Below are positions 19,901 to 27,458 of a stretch of 32,000 bases of DNA, piece after piece. Under the pieces are notes generated by a model. It did no database searches. It was not told the origin of the DNA and saw only the letters and a program-made list of their open reading frames with translations. Source of the DNA: an uncultured archaeon (GTDB taxonomy: Archaea; Asgardarchaeota; Thorarchaeia; Thorarchaeales; CAZPUN01); NCBI GenBank assembly GCA_964589775.1, contig CAZPUN010000033.1:1-32000 (forward strand), given 5' to 3'. A program made the position numbers and the translations under genes. Each line of letters starts with the position of its first letter. Position 1 is the first letter of the stretch.

Positions 19901-21751
19901 ACCTACATTATTTAGTGCTCCAAGAGCCGAATCATTTGCCCAGACTTGAATTGTCCATTCACCCACAGTTGCATTAGTACCACCTAATGTAAAAGCATCA
20001 GAGTACGCATAACCAGTAGCATCAACTGTGGAAGTGCATGAATACCATAAGTTTCCACTCGGGTCGTAGATTGTAAAATTAACTACTGCGTTTGCATAAG
20101 CAGTACCAATATATGCACGTATTTTAGTCCGATCATTTGCTCTGAAATTGTATGTCTTAGAGTAAGTACTAGTACTTGGAACTAAAACTTCAACGTTTGA
20201 AATCATGTTAGGTGATGTGCCTTTAAGTTTCCAATAACCATTTATTCTCTGTGAGGTTTCACCATATTCTGTGTAAATAATTTCAGCTGCACTAATATTT
20301 ACCAAACCGTCGCCAGGATCTCCATAACTCCACCCACTTGTTTGATTCAGCCAGGGCTTAGAAGGTTCAGCTAAGAAATTAATATCTCGATTTTGAGGTA
20401 TTGTAACATTGAAGAAGAAATGTGGGTCATATCCTGACGGCACCGCAACATAATAATAGAAGTTCCATTGAACATTCGTGCCATTTTGCACTGAGAAATG
20501 CTCACCTAATGCACCAGGATCAATATCATAAATTGTCTTTCCATTTAATCGTCGTGCATATAATGTTAATTGAACGTCCATTTCAACAATAATTGTCAGG
20601 TCAGGGTCAGGTGGATTAGGAATTGGAGTCCATGTGAATACTGCATCAACACTTGATCCAGTCCAGGGTGTTGAAGGTACTTGAGTTACTTGACCCATGC
20701 CCCATAAGGTATTACTACCACTTTGTACATCTGAAACATCAATATTATTCATTTTCAAATTCAGGTTAGAGGGCTTTGCTTCAGTTTTCATATACAGATG
20801 TACATTATCAAAATACGCACGTGGAGAAATATCAATATAACCATACCATTCGGTTTGAGTAGTATTTAAACCAAGCTCAATTGTTACATCAGGTAATGTA
20901 AATATATCTGGAGAAACGGGAATCAAACCAGTATTATACCAATTTTCAGAGGGAATAGCATCATAGACTCTGCTCCAGACTTTATGTCTAACACCATTAG
21001 AAATTATCGTAACATAAATTTCAAAGAATCCAGTGGGAGTATATCCATATCTATCCCAAGCCGTAGTAACTCGATAGCTTAAAGATACAGCCGCCCAAAA
21101 TACATTCCCACGATCTATTGACATAGATTGTTGTACATATGCATAATCACCTGCATCGTACCAGTACCACGTGTTACCGCCGCCAGAACCATCATAGCTG
21201 TATGAAGTGTATTCACCATCTATACCTAAGGATGCAACACCAGAATCAACCTGATGAATGAAACTATTTACATAATGAGGGTTCCCACTATCGTCAGTAT
21301 ATGGTTGAAGATCATTATGCCCAAAAGTCCAGTAGCTGGTATCATCAAAACCAGGATTTCGAACCCATGTACGGTTCTCAGATAAATTAGTAATATTAGC
21401 GAAAAGACGATAACCTTCCCAGTTAGAACCAAGAGGGACTGAATCTGTTGCACTTGTAGTTCCGCTTCCGGGAATATACCGCAGTTGCGTAGCCGCAAAC
21501 GTATCAGTACGGTCACCATATTCATACACATCAAGTGCATCACCAGTACCTGAATATTCGCTTAATGCTTGCGATATAGTAAATGTGTCTATATCAGGTA
21601 CTGAATTTTGGTTATCGATTTCAGTATCCGCATTTGACTCAACCACTCTATCATCAGTATTTCTATTTAGATTAATAATTGGAAATACAGCTAGAGTGGG
21701 CAGAACAAGAATAACCAATAGTAATATCATCTTTTTATTTTTCAATAGCAA
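13937..21751 (-). CDS. Giant single-pass cell-surface (glyco)protein, paralog A, same architecture as 6127-13932
   Basis: 2604-aa ORF collinear with paralog B. Shared blocks include ENRTWVxNPGF, PNPPDPDL, GFFLRKFT, QWGSIGWKEFTVYVNWTG and ELSRAD. The TM helix lies near 14495-14560. GAGGTG at 21754-21759 favours a start at TTG 21745. Confidence 0.93.
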   Translation of the reverse strand: MLLKNKKMILLLVILVLPTLAVFPIINLNRNTDDRVVESNADTEIDNQNSVPDIDTFTISQALSEYSGTGDALDVYEYGDRTDTFAATQLRYIPGSGTTSATDSVPLGSNWEGYRLFANITNLSENRTWVRNPGFDDTSYWTFGHNDLQPYTDDSGNPHYVNSFIHQVDSGVASLGIDGEYTSYSYDGSGGGNTWYWYDAGDYAYVQQSMSIDRGNVFWAAVSLSYRVTTAWDRYGYTPTGFFEIYVTIISNGVRHKVWSRVYDAIPSENWYNTGLIPVSPDIFTLPDVTIELGLNTTQTEWYGYIDISPRAYFDNVHLYMKTEAKPSNLNLKMNNIDVSDVQSGSNTLWGMGQVTQVPSTPWTGSSVDAVFTWTPIPNPPDPDLTIIVEMDVQLTLYARRLNGKTIYDIDPGALGEHFSVQNGTNVQWNFYYYVAVPSGYDPHFFFNVTIPQNRDINFLAEPSKPWLNQTSGWSYGDPGDGLVNISAAEIIYTEYGETSQRINGYWKLKGTSPNMISNVEVLVPSTSTYSKTYNFRANDRTKIRAYIGTAYANAVVNFTIYDPSGNLWYSCTSTVDATGYAYSDAFTLGGTNATVGEWTIQVWANDSALGALNNVGFFLRKFTITHATDITLYYPLSAQSTWTTTATFGDNILVKIRIQDVDAGESVPGGVMTYNWTTGIEQLSDLGTGEYSVVLNTTQLGSNGRFTLSISWSKAYYDSKQHYFYLEVYYDSQLTSSSSPGISVPKTAYGDIYVDFVDQNNNGITGATITCNWSDYSVIATGTPGSYRIHINAEPYDLGTYKIEINASKEYVYSKKIILQVTVRELYTSATPSASFLTLPVGGYVDLNITYHDTDQDLPMIGDSDAFSTDWCSFHTSGQINYTIFDYGNGVYRIRFYSYNNDPLGSYTVQINIEKYGYQNHTLTIHIDVKTHLTSFSLDNPVNPTPYTGTIVVTVYYYDASMNVGIANDTANGHNVLIYLVASGINLQYVVTNATTGAGHYNITLPADQWGSIGWKEFTVYVNWTGSSLKYYNKTLDIKVRITGSETMIKIIHSPDAVQYMTNTSWTLAYWDTANNTGIANSTGAYAGNVHVFITMITSGESVTQSDFWINETQAGYYEFKLDTSKLSRIGEFTVRIQFNWTKGQLPLYENQTIEIIFRVLQRQTYIDWTPIPTTPYNELVNFSFKVVDLLSGNHINYSSNMYVSIVESGIIYVIYYDGNDTGMFHFEINTTSWGNPGTFVFHLNVTLVGWPFYQNHTGQEITINIRYRHTQLTHGSYEPVQFANVLTLSFTYTDLDSGSTTGMSGTLELNASLAGYYTYTFNGDGSFTLYLNSSGFQNLGTFAVVATVTYNGSNYCDNAVDVFYVVVIQRRAQLGYEIPDPAPYLEFANISVRYYDDTTSRGIYGATITASCATANETLQLNVNYFVSYQGNGWYLVSINTTALGGLGSYEIDIVASWTGIPYYTDNSRTVEVVVTLRNAKLTIVKTPVDTPFMNNVTFQFSFRDGLTDSGIDITKANIILTHGTSNTLITANQYVLTGGSGLYTISLNSTILTSVLVSGHIINITIIWGNIAPYYDNISVTTEVSIVERPTRLVFLQVPSVAYGNNITITIRYEDFYTTRGISGANTSLICINATGSITYDVIYLGNGYYSFIVNSSQLPNLGKYLFSVNFTYTPSPYYQDQLNGHVYATLRSISTLLQVSVPTPGTVPVGDNVIANVTYWNIDSDTGIEGANITVNWQQLYGTSITITELGNGIYQLNISTVGLNAQVYSFTVWAGKQTHLNKTADVDIELAPIPTSIDLKKSVISVVWTENVTIVLTVWDSHNVLPLTGFDLQAVWAGNTYTNFTSYGNGTYSLTFNTQIEPVGTYIITISGNKTNYRSPVAQVTLTIIKVSTSLSSDTLTFEAVDQETITFWVFYNDTYFGHPISGATVTFEWEFGSGTLIANGTAGYYVGNITINEYPIGTYTLYISAKKDNYAESSVFMTLTIESVPTAISIKDGIQIINCYHGQTVNITVYVYNTKLNIPVLHATVMYSSTFASGNLTELGNGWYFAIINTSKAEIGSFYISITAQKTGYRSAYIRPTLNVLSIPTEIITLNPVIEEYYGRNVTFKVYFNDTLNNKAILAANGTYRWIIGSGNVYSYGNGTFYIIVNTGEARPGQYSITIVLDAKYHDSARKSVILRIKEIPTTVILPQKLIYPVGDPFNLRFTYMDSLNDLGIPNASVSLLWTFGIVELTDMHNGTYVFSSSSFEDQFKLEPNNYTLTLVFSKMNYSIKQEEVVLSIILIPTEIKISVTEVYFSPGDLYTLRFVYYDTYHNRSIPNATIDVDTSSDRIHFEGKVIDYNNGTYAMNFTINDIGTFFINIKAHKQDYRTSEIQIIVYSQYNEQQMAFFRMISYGFVGIFVIVILGALWIKVFSIPKPVRRINKIVKRLEKGKIPPVPPAPSRHEILISIIQQYLEPFGITKTPDDIVEFPISIKVPELSALLEELASITGLSEEDIEEFKEDLYKMKASERIGFVKEVIAQERARRAKAIAEGKTPIEKPKPKEKPEHLTEEEIEELRKKLKEKGISDSEIELILEQAKELSRADLDALLDTILRG

Positions 21752-21759
21752 AGCACCTC

Positions 21760-21907
21760 TAACCTATTGATAATCAATCATAAAGTCTCAATTGTAATAA
21801 ATTTCTAATTATGAATATATAAATAAAATTTGTATGTATAGAACAAACACTCACATTTTGAAATAAAAAAGGAAAAAAATATTAATGAAAAGAGTTTACG
21901 GACACTC
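21760..21907. promoter_or_regulatory. AT-rich divergent promoter region between the giant-protein operon and GAPDH
   Basis: Very AT-rich gap between divergently oriented genes, with TATA-like tatataaata near 21816-21825. The exact boxes cannot be assigned. Confidence 0.45.
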
Positions 21908-21920
21908 GGAGGAACCGAAT

Positions 21921-22922
21921 TTGGTAAGAGTCGCAATTAACGGTTTTGGCCGTATAGGACGAAACTATATGAAAGCCGCACTGGAACACAAGGATATTGA
22001 GATCGTCGCAATTAATGACCTAACATCGCCGGACATGCTCGCATATCTTTTCAAATATGATAGTGTTTTTGGCAAATTCAAAGGCGAAGTAAAGGTTGAA
22101 GGCGATCATTTAACGATTAATGGGCGTAAAATCAAGGTTCTCTCTGAACCAGATCCTTCAAAGCTTCCATGGAAAGATTTGAACATTGATATTGTAATTG
22201 AAAGCACTGGAAGATTTCGAAAGAGAAAGGACGCACAGAAACATCTAGAAGCGGGAGCTAAGAAGGTGATAATTTCTGCACCAGCTACAGATGAGGATAT
22301 TACGATCGTTTTAGGGGTAAATGATAAGGACTATGAACCTGAGAAGCACCATATTATATCAAATGCAAGCTGCACAACAAATTGCCTTGCACCAATTGCA
22401 AAAGTCCTTCATGAAAAGTTCAAAATCATAAAGGGTACAATGACCACTGTACATGCCTATACAAATGACCAAAGAATCTTGGATTACCCACATAAGAAAT
22501 TCACACGAGCCAGAGCCGCCGCACAAAACATTATCCCGACAACTACAGGAGCTGCAGAAGCCATTTCAAAAGTACTACCGGAACTTGAAGGAAAACTAAT
22601 AGGTGTTGCATTACGTGTTCCGGTACCTGATGCTTCAATTGTAGACCTAGTTGTCGAAGTCGAAAAGGAAACAACTGTTGAGGAAGTAAAGAAGGCATTC
22701 AAAGAAGCAGCTGAAGGAAGCATGAAGGGAATACTGGGATACTGCGAAGAGCCTTTAGTATCTTCAGATTATATAGGAGATTCTAGAAGTTCTATTGTCG
22801 ATGCAAATAATGTATGGGTAATAAATAAAAACATGGTCAAGGTCTTTTCGTGGTATGATAACGAGTGGGGTTACTCATCTAGACTTGTGGACCTGACCAA
22901 ACTAGTTGCATCGAAATTGTAA
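21921..22922 (+). CDS. gap: Class I glyceraldehyde-3-phosphate dehydrogenase, probably NAD-dependent
   Basis: Contains [18 protein letters not shown], catalytic [45 protein letters not shown] and [15 protein letters not shown] at 21908-21912 lies 8 nt before TTG 21921, so the ORF-track start at 21885 is probably too long. Confidence 0.96.
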   Translation: MVRVAINGFGRIGRNYMKAALEHKDIEIVAINDLTSPDMLAYLFKYDSVFGKFKGEVKVEGDHLTINGRKIKVLSEPDPSKLPWKDLNIDIVIESTGRFRKRKDAQKHLEAGAKKVIISAPATDEDITIVLGVNDKDYEPEKHHIISNASCTTNCLAPIAKVLHEKFKIIKGTMTTVHAYTNDQRILDYPHKKFTRARAAAQNIIPTTTGAAEAISKVLPELEGKLIGVALRVPVPDASIVDLVVEVEKETTVEEVKKAFKEAAEGSMKGILGYCEEPLVSSDYIGDSRSSIVDANNVWVINKNMVKVFSWYDNEWGYSSRLVDLTKLVASKL

Positions 22923-24115
22923 TCTTCTTCTTTCTCTTTTTTATTTCTGTTGCACTGGATCAATGATCCGATTCCAAGCGCTATAAAATTCAATAAGCTC
23001 GCCATGTAGAAAAGTCTACTTATCAAGCCCAAGTAAGTATCTACAAGATATCCACCAATTACAGGACCAATAGACGTACCAATACCTTGTGCCATTGAAA
23101 CTGCAGACATTGCACGTGCTCGCTGCCTATCAGATGTAAGCTGAGCTGCAAGAAGAGAACTACCTGCCATGTACATTGGGAACACTGGACTCATCCAGAT
23201 AATAGCTGCAATAAATGGATCGTGTACATTCGATAAGACAATGTAAATCAGCCCGTAAAGTGTTGGAGCCGCTAGGTATATCTTTTTACCTCCGAATTTA
23301 TCGCCTAAACGCCCTAATACAGGCATCAGAAATGCGCCAGAGATGGCAGCAACAGAATTTCCCATGCCCACGTAAATTGGAATACCTCCGAGCTCGGTTA
23401 TCATCCAAACAGGCATGAGATATCCAATCATTTGAACAGCAGACATCATGATCAAAACAGATATGAATAAAAGAAATACTGAACGAATTCGTACGACTTC
23501 TGTAAAGGAAACTTGTTCAGTCTCAGGGATTTCTTCGATTTCAATGTCTTTTACTCTAAATGTAATTACAAGTATAGCTATAAACATTAGCATAAATGAG
23601 ATTAAGAATAGATTTCGCATACCACCAGCTTCAATCGGAACTACATAAGTGAGGTATAGCCCACCAACAAGAGCGCCAGTCCAACCAAAGGCCCGTGAGA
23701 ACATATAATTTCCAATTACTTTGCCTTTTTCATCAACCCCATGAGTAATCAAAGCAAGCGCTGAAGGATCTGCAGCAACACCAAATGCCATAGACACTGC
23801 AGAGATAAAAATAAACAGATAGACATTATTCACAAATGCCAGAAGCAAGTAGGAAATACCTGTGCCGATAAAACCCAATAATAAAAATGGCTTTCTCTTT
23901 CCGAGCTTATCGGACCACTTGCCCCAAATTCCTACGGTAAATAAGCCTACAAATGGAGGGATGCTACCTGCTAGAGCATTTATGGTTAGGGATGTTTCAC
24001 CAAGACCAGTATTAATAAAATATGAATAGAATTGAAGAATCAAACTCATTGCAAAGCTATTAAAGAAATATGCGAGATATATCCATCTTGAATTTGATGA
24101 GTTATCGGCGGTCAT
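22871..24115 (-). CDS. Major facilitator superfamily transporter
   Basis: 414 aa with ~12 TM. Motif A appears as [11 protein letters not shown] and again as [11 protein letters not shown]; [10 protein letters not shown] is also present. Confidence 0.92.
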   Translation of the reverse strand: MTADNSSNSRWIYLAYFFNSFAMSLILQFYSYFINTGLGETSLTINALAGSIPPFVGLFTVGIWGKWSDKLGKRKPFLLLGFIGTGISYLLLAFVNNVYLFIFISAVSMAFGVAADPSALALITHGVDEKGKVIGNYMFSRAFGWTGALVGGLYLTYVVPIEAGGMRNLFLISFMLMFIAILVITFRVKDIEIEEIPETEQVSFTEVVRIRSVFLLFISVLIMMSAVQMIGYLMPVWMITELGGIPIYVGMGNSVAAISGAFLMPVLGRLGDKFGGKKIYLAAPTLYGLIYIVLSNVHDPFIAAIIWMSPVFPMYMAGSSLLAAQLTSDRQRARAMSAVSMAQGIGTSIGPVIGGYLVDTYLGLISRLFYMASLLNFIALGIGSLIQCNRNKKEKEEDYNFDATSLVRSTSLDE

Positions 24116-24192
24116 TGTAGTTCTTAGAAAGCAATTCTTAATAGGATATTAATATTCTTTTTGTAAGTGCAATTCTTTGAGAGGCACTAATA

Positions 24193-25239
24193 ATGTCAGA
24201 CGAAATAATTTTAGAAGTGAAAAACCTTACCGCAACATATCCATATGAAGAACGAAAAGCGATAGCTTTGGAAAATGTTTCCTTTAAAGTATATAAAGGA
24301 GATACATTTGGAATCCTAGGCGAATCAGGTTCTGGAAAATCCACATTAGGCTATGCAATATTAGGATTGGGCGCAAAACCCGGAGAGATTCAACCTGCAG
24401 GAAAAACTATGCCTGTAATCGAATCCGGCGAAATCATATTTATGGGTAAAGACATCCTAAAGCTTTCAAAGGAAGAATTACTACAAATCCGCGGTAAGGA
24501 TCTAACGTATGTATTTCAAGGGCTTCATTCGCCTCTAAATCCGATGTTTGAAATTGGAGATCAGACAGGAGAACCTGTTGAGGTTCATGAGAATCTTGAT
24601 GAATATAAAATACAAAAGCGTGTCATTGAATTTCTTGGACATGTACGAATTGCAGATGCGATCGCTAGATATATGCAACATCCGCAACAATTCTCAGGAG
24701 GAGAAGCACAAAGAATTCTAATAGCAATGGCACTTATAGAAGGACCTAAGCTAACGTATTTTGATGAGCCAACATCAGCATTAGATGTTACTACACAACG
24801 CCAAATTATGAATCTGATTATTGACCTTCGAGAACAATTTGGATTTACTTCAGTTATCACAACTCATAATGCAGGTATAATCGGCGAAATGACTACTAGA
24901 ACAATGGTCCTATATGGCGGTAGAGTAATGGAAATTGGAGATACAAGAACTATCTTCAAGAATGCAGGACATCCATACACAAGAGGATTAATATTGGCAA
25001 ATCCATCCTTAATTAGACTAGTTGGTCGCAGATACAGAATTCGGGGAATTCCTGGAAATCCACCATCCGCATTTGAAGACGAACGCCCCAGAGGGTGTAT
25101 CTTTCATCCCCGATGCGAGTTCGCAACAGACGAATGCAGGGAGAAAATTCCTGAACTAAAAGAGGTTGAGCCGGGGCATTTCGTGGCATGCCATCGATAT
25201 GAAGAATTGCCAGAATTTCAAGATATGTTCAAACGCTAA
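24193..25239 (+). CDS. Oligopeptide/dipeptide/nickel ABC transporter ATP-binding subunit (OppD/DppD type)
   Basis: Walker A GESGSGKST, signature FSGGEAQR, Walker B/D-loop YFDEPTSALD, H-loop TTHN and HPYTRGL. The C-terminal GCIFHPRC...C...VACH motif is the [4Fe-4S] site. Confidence 0.93.
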   Translation: MSDEIILEVKNLTATYPYEERKAIALENVSFKVYKGDTFGILGESGSGKSTLGYAILGLGAKPGEIQPAGKTMPVIESGEIIFMGKDILKLSKEELLQIRGKDLTYVFQGLHSPLNPMFEIGDQTGEPVEVHENLDEYKIQKRVIEFLGHVRIADAIARYMQHPQQFSGGEAQRILIAMALIEGPKLTYFDEPTSALDVTTQRQIMNLIIDLREQFGFTSVITTHNAGIIGEMTTRTMVLYGGRVMEIGDTRTIFKNAGHPYTRGLILANPSLIRLVGRRYRIRGIPGNPPSAFEDERPRGCIFHPRCEFATDECREKIPELKEVEPGHFVACHRYEELPEFQDMFKR

Positions 25240-25260
25240 TTTTATTGTCTTTTTTTATTT
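25240..25260 (+). terminator. Oligo-T terminator candidate
   Basis: tttttattgtctttttttattt directly after TAA 25239. Confidence 0.55.
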
Positions 25261-25553
25261 ATCTAAAGAGAATCCAGTTACTTATTGTGTGGATATCAGA
25301 CCCGAATCGAGATGTAAGGGCTCTGCATATAGGATATCATACAATAGCCATTTCTGGTAATATACGCATCATGCCCCAACGAGAAAGCTTTGATTAGCGT
25401 TACAGTTCTTTTCTGAAAATCTTTTTGTATGCAATACATTCATGTCGTAAGCAATTTTGAGATTTAGATAGGTTGATTTATGACGTAGGCCTACACTTTC
25501 AAGGACTTCTATACGATCCATCACCACTTTCTAAAGGAATCTGGCCTCACATC

Positions 25554-27179
25554 TTATTGGTAAAATGAAAAATATGATTCAAATTGATTATACCAATCAT
25601 TCCATGTAGGAGGATGTTTAAATTCTTGATTTATTGTATCCCAATATTCAACTGGAAGATTCCTAAAGAATTCCATTTTACGACCTACAAAATATATTGA
25701 GAATGATAAATCTTCAAAGTCTTGAAGGTAAATTCTGAGCATATCACCGATTTTGATTGAGGTACCATAGGGAATTTTTATTCGCACTAATGTAGAGTTT
25801 TCATTATCTGAAATGATATATATTAGCGGTAATTTTCTTAATCCATTTAATACACCTTTTTGCTTTGAGATAGGCCCACGTATGAGAAGATATAGGGTAT
25901 CATGAAGACCTAAATTTCCAAGAATAGTGTAGTCTTTAACATATCCAAAATGATATAATTCACGCTTAATGCTTCTAACTTCAGACTGGCTTAGTTTGAG
26001 ATTTTTCGCAATTTCCGAAATTGTCGAATTTTCTTTGAGAAGTTCATTTGCGATGTAAATATATTTTTTACTTAATGTTGTAGAGATGTAAATCGAGTAT
26101 TGTGGAAAGTTAAACTTGCACTTTGCTGCTCTCTGTGCTTGCTTTAACCATATTGCCCAATTAAAATCCCACTTATCCTTAATTAACTTTAAAATTGCAA
26201 AATTGGTGTGAATACTATAACTTCTTCGTTGCAGAGATATAATATTATAATAATCTCTAAGTTTTGAGAGCATATGATTAAATTCTCTGAGAGAACGATT
26301 TCGATTATATAATTCAAAAACAGCTATTATACCACCAGCATGTGAAATTATTGGCCAATATGCCCATAAGAATGGATTCCCTACAAAAATTTCACTCGGA
26401 TGAATCAATTCAGTTCGCTTACGTTGAAAAATTACATAGAAGATAGGCATATTAAATTTTTGAGAAATATATACTGGTTTTTCTATCAATAATCCTTTTG
26501 CTTTCAATCTTGATATCGCAGAGAAAATTGTCCGTTTAGCAAGACCAGTCGTTAATAATAAATGGTCTATATCGATCTCTTGCGTATAATCAATATTATC
26601 AAGAATTTTCAATTCACTTGGACTCACTCGTGGTGGGATTTCATAAATGATTTCATCAATAAAACGATAATAATTTACTTCATCTAAGGTATTGCACATT
26701 TCAGAATATTTGTTGAGAGATTCAAAGACTATTTGTACAAATTTGTTTGCAGTATATTTATTATAAAGAGGAAATTTTTGGGGGGCATCATATTCAACAT
26801 AGCCATCCGTAAATCTCTTTGAATGCAATTTCCATAATTCATGCCAATATTTTGATTCGACTTCACTTAAATGTATTCGAGCGAATTCGTTTCCAAGATC
26901 TGCTGTTGATGGGATATTTTTACAAAATGATGGCAAATATTGCAGGAAAACTTCTCTTAGAACAATTCCTTTTATTATTTTATCGAGATTATATTTCGTA
27001 TTTAGTAACAGTATATTATCTTTTAGGAATCCAGCAAAACGAGGTCCAATTTCTTCTTTTTGTACATATGAAATGTTGTCAATCTGTATTTTCTTGGCAG
27101 GCACCTTTAGATATTGTGAAACAACATTATTTGACCAAAGCAAGAGATCTTTAATATCATCTTCATCCATTGCTATCAT
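25554..27179 (-). CDS. Putative transcriptional regulator: ~180-aa N-terminal domain plus two winged-HTH/Lrp-AsnC-like modules
   Basis: HTH1: SPSELKILDNI..DIDHLLLTTGLAKRTIFSAISRLKAKGLL. HTH2: LSKKYIYIANELLKENSTISEIAKNLKLSQSEVRSIKRELYHFGYV. Each is followed by a beta-alpha RAM-like segment. Confidence 0.72.
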   Translation of the reverse strand: MIAMDEDDIKDLLLWSNNVVSQYLKVPAKKIQIDNISYVQKEEIGPRFAGFLKDNILLLNTKYNLDKIIKGIVLREVFLQYLPSFCKNIPSTADLGNEFARIHLSEVESKYWHELWKLHSKRFTDGYVEYDAPQKFPLYNKYTANKFVQIVFESLNKYSEMCNTLDEVNYYRFIDEIIYEIPPRVSPSELKILDNIDYTQEIDIDHLLLTTGLAKRTIFSAISRLKAKGLLIEKPVYISQKFNMPIFYVIFQRKRTELIHPSEIFVGNPFLWAYWPIISHAGGIIAVFELYNRNRSLREFNHMLSKLRDYYNIISLQRRSYSIHTNFAILKLIKDKWDFNWAIWLKQAQRAAKCKFNFPQYSIYISTTLSKKYIYIANELLKENSTISEIAKNLKLSQSEVRSIKRELYHFGYVKDYTILGNLGLHDTLYLLIRGPISKQKGVLNGLRKLPLIYIISDNENSTLVRIKIPYGTSIKIGDMLRIYLQDFEDLSFSIYFVGRKMEFFRNLPVEYWDTINQEFKHPPTWNDWYNQFESYFSFYQ

Positions 27180-27223
27180 GACCCATCATGAAACAATGAT
27201 TTACGCATAGAATTTTCTTATTT

Positions 27224-27257
27224 AAAAAATAAATCAATAAGGCGGGTACACACCGCC
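27224..27257 (-). terminator. GC hairpin plus T-tract downstream of the small charged ORF
   Basis: The minus strand reads GGCGG-TGTGTAC-CCGCC followed by TTATTGATTTATTTTTT. Confidence 0.5.
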
Positions 27258-27269
27258 AATATAAAAAGG

Positions 27270-27458
27270 TTATTCTTCTGGTTTTTTCTTCATTTTTTCC
27301 TCGAGATGCCCTTCTAGAGTTTCTCCGATTTTGTGCATTTCCTCGATGCGTTTCTGTTTTTCTTCCTCCTTCTTCTTCTTCATTTCTTCAATGCGCTCTT
27401 TGCCTTCAATTAATTCCTTTTTAAGTTCCTCGGGGATCTTCTTTTCTTCTTCGCTCAT
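27270..27458 (-). CDS. Small, highly charged (E/K-rich) helical protein, 62 aa
   Basis: MSEEEKKIPEELKKELIEGKERIEEMKKKKEEEKQKRIEEMHKIG... GGTGA lies 5 nt before ATG 27458; the ORF-track GTG start at 27467 is part of that SD. Confidence 0.7.
   Translation of the reverse strand: MSEEEKKIPEELKKELIEGKERIEEMKKKKEEEKQKRIEEMHKIGETLEGHLEEKMKKKPEE

Noticed and set aside
6127-21751. Diversity-generating retroelement or invertase-driven variation of the giant genes
   Set aside because: No reverse transcriptase, recombinase or inverted repeats are visible in the window. The 51-bp shared patch is short and lies within both ORFs, with no separate TR/VR pair.
6127-21751. Tandem giant genes as an assembly duplication artefact
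   Set aside because: The copies are highly diverged at both amino-acid and DNA level, with indels, and both ORFs are intact.
6213-21770. Small ORFs nested in or antisense to the two giant genes (e.g. 6233-6703, 10675-11022, 14214-14402, 15438-15728, 21268-21543)
   Set aside because: These are shadow frames. The Ser-rich antisense ORFs at 6233 and 14214 simply mirror Glu-rich codons of the cytoplasmic tails, which also explains their mutual similarity.
21885-21920. 12-aa N-terminal extension of GAPDH in the ORF track
   Set aside because: The region contains the GGAGG SD positioned for TTG 21921, and class I GAPDH homology begins at VRVAING.
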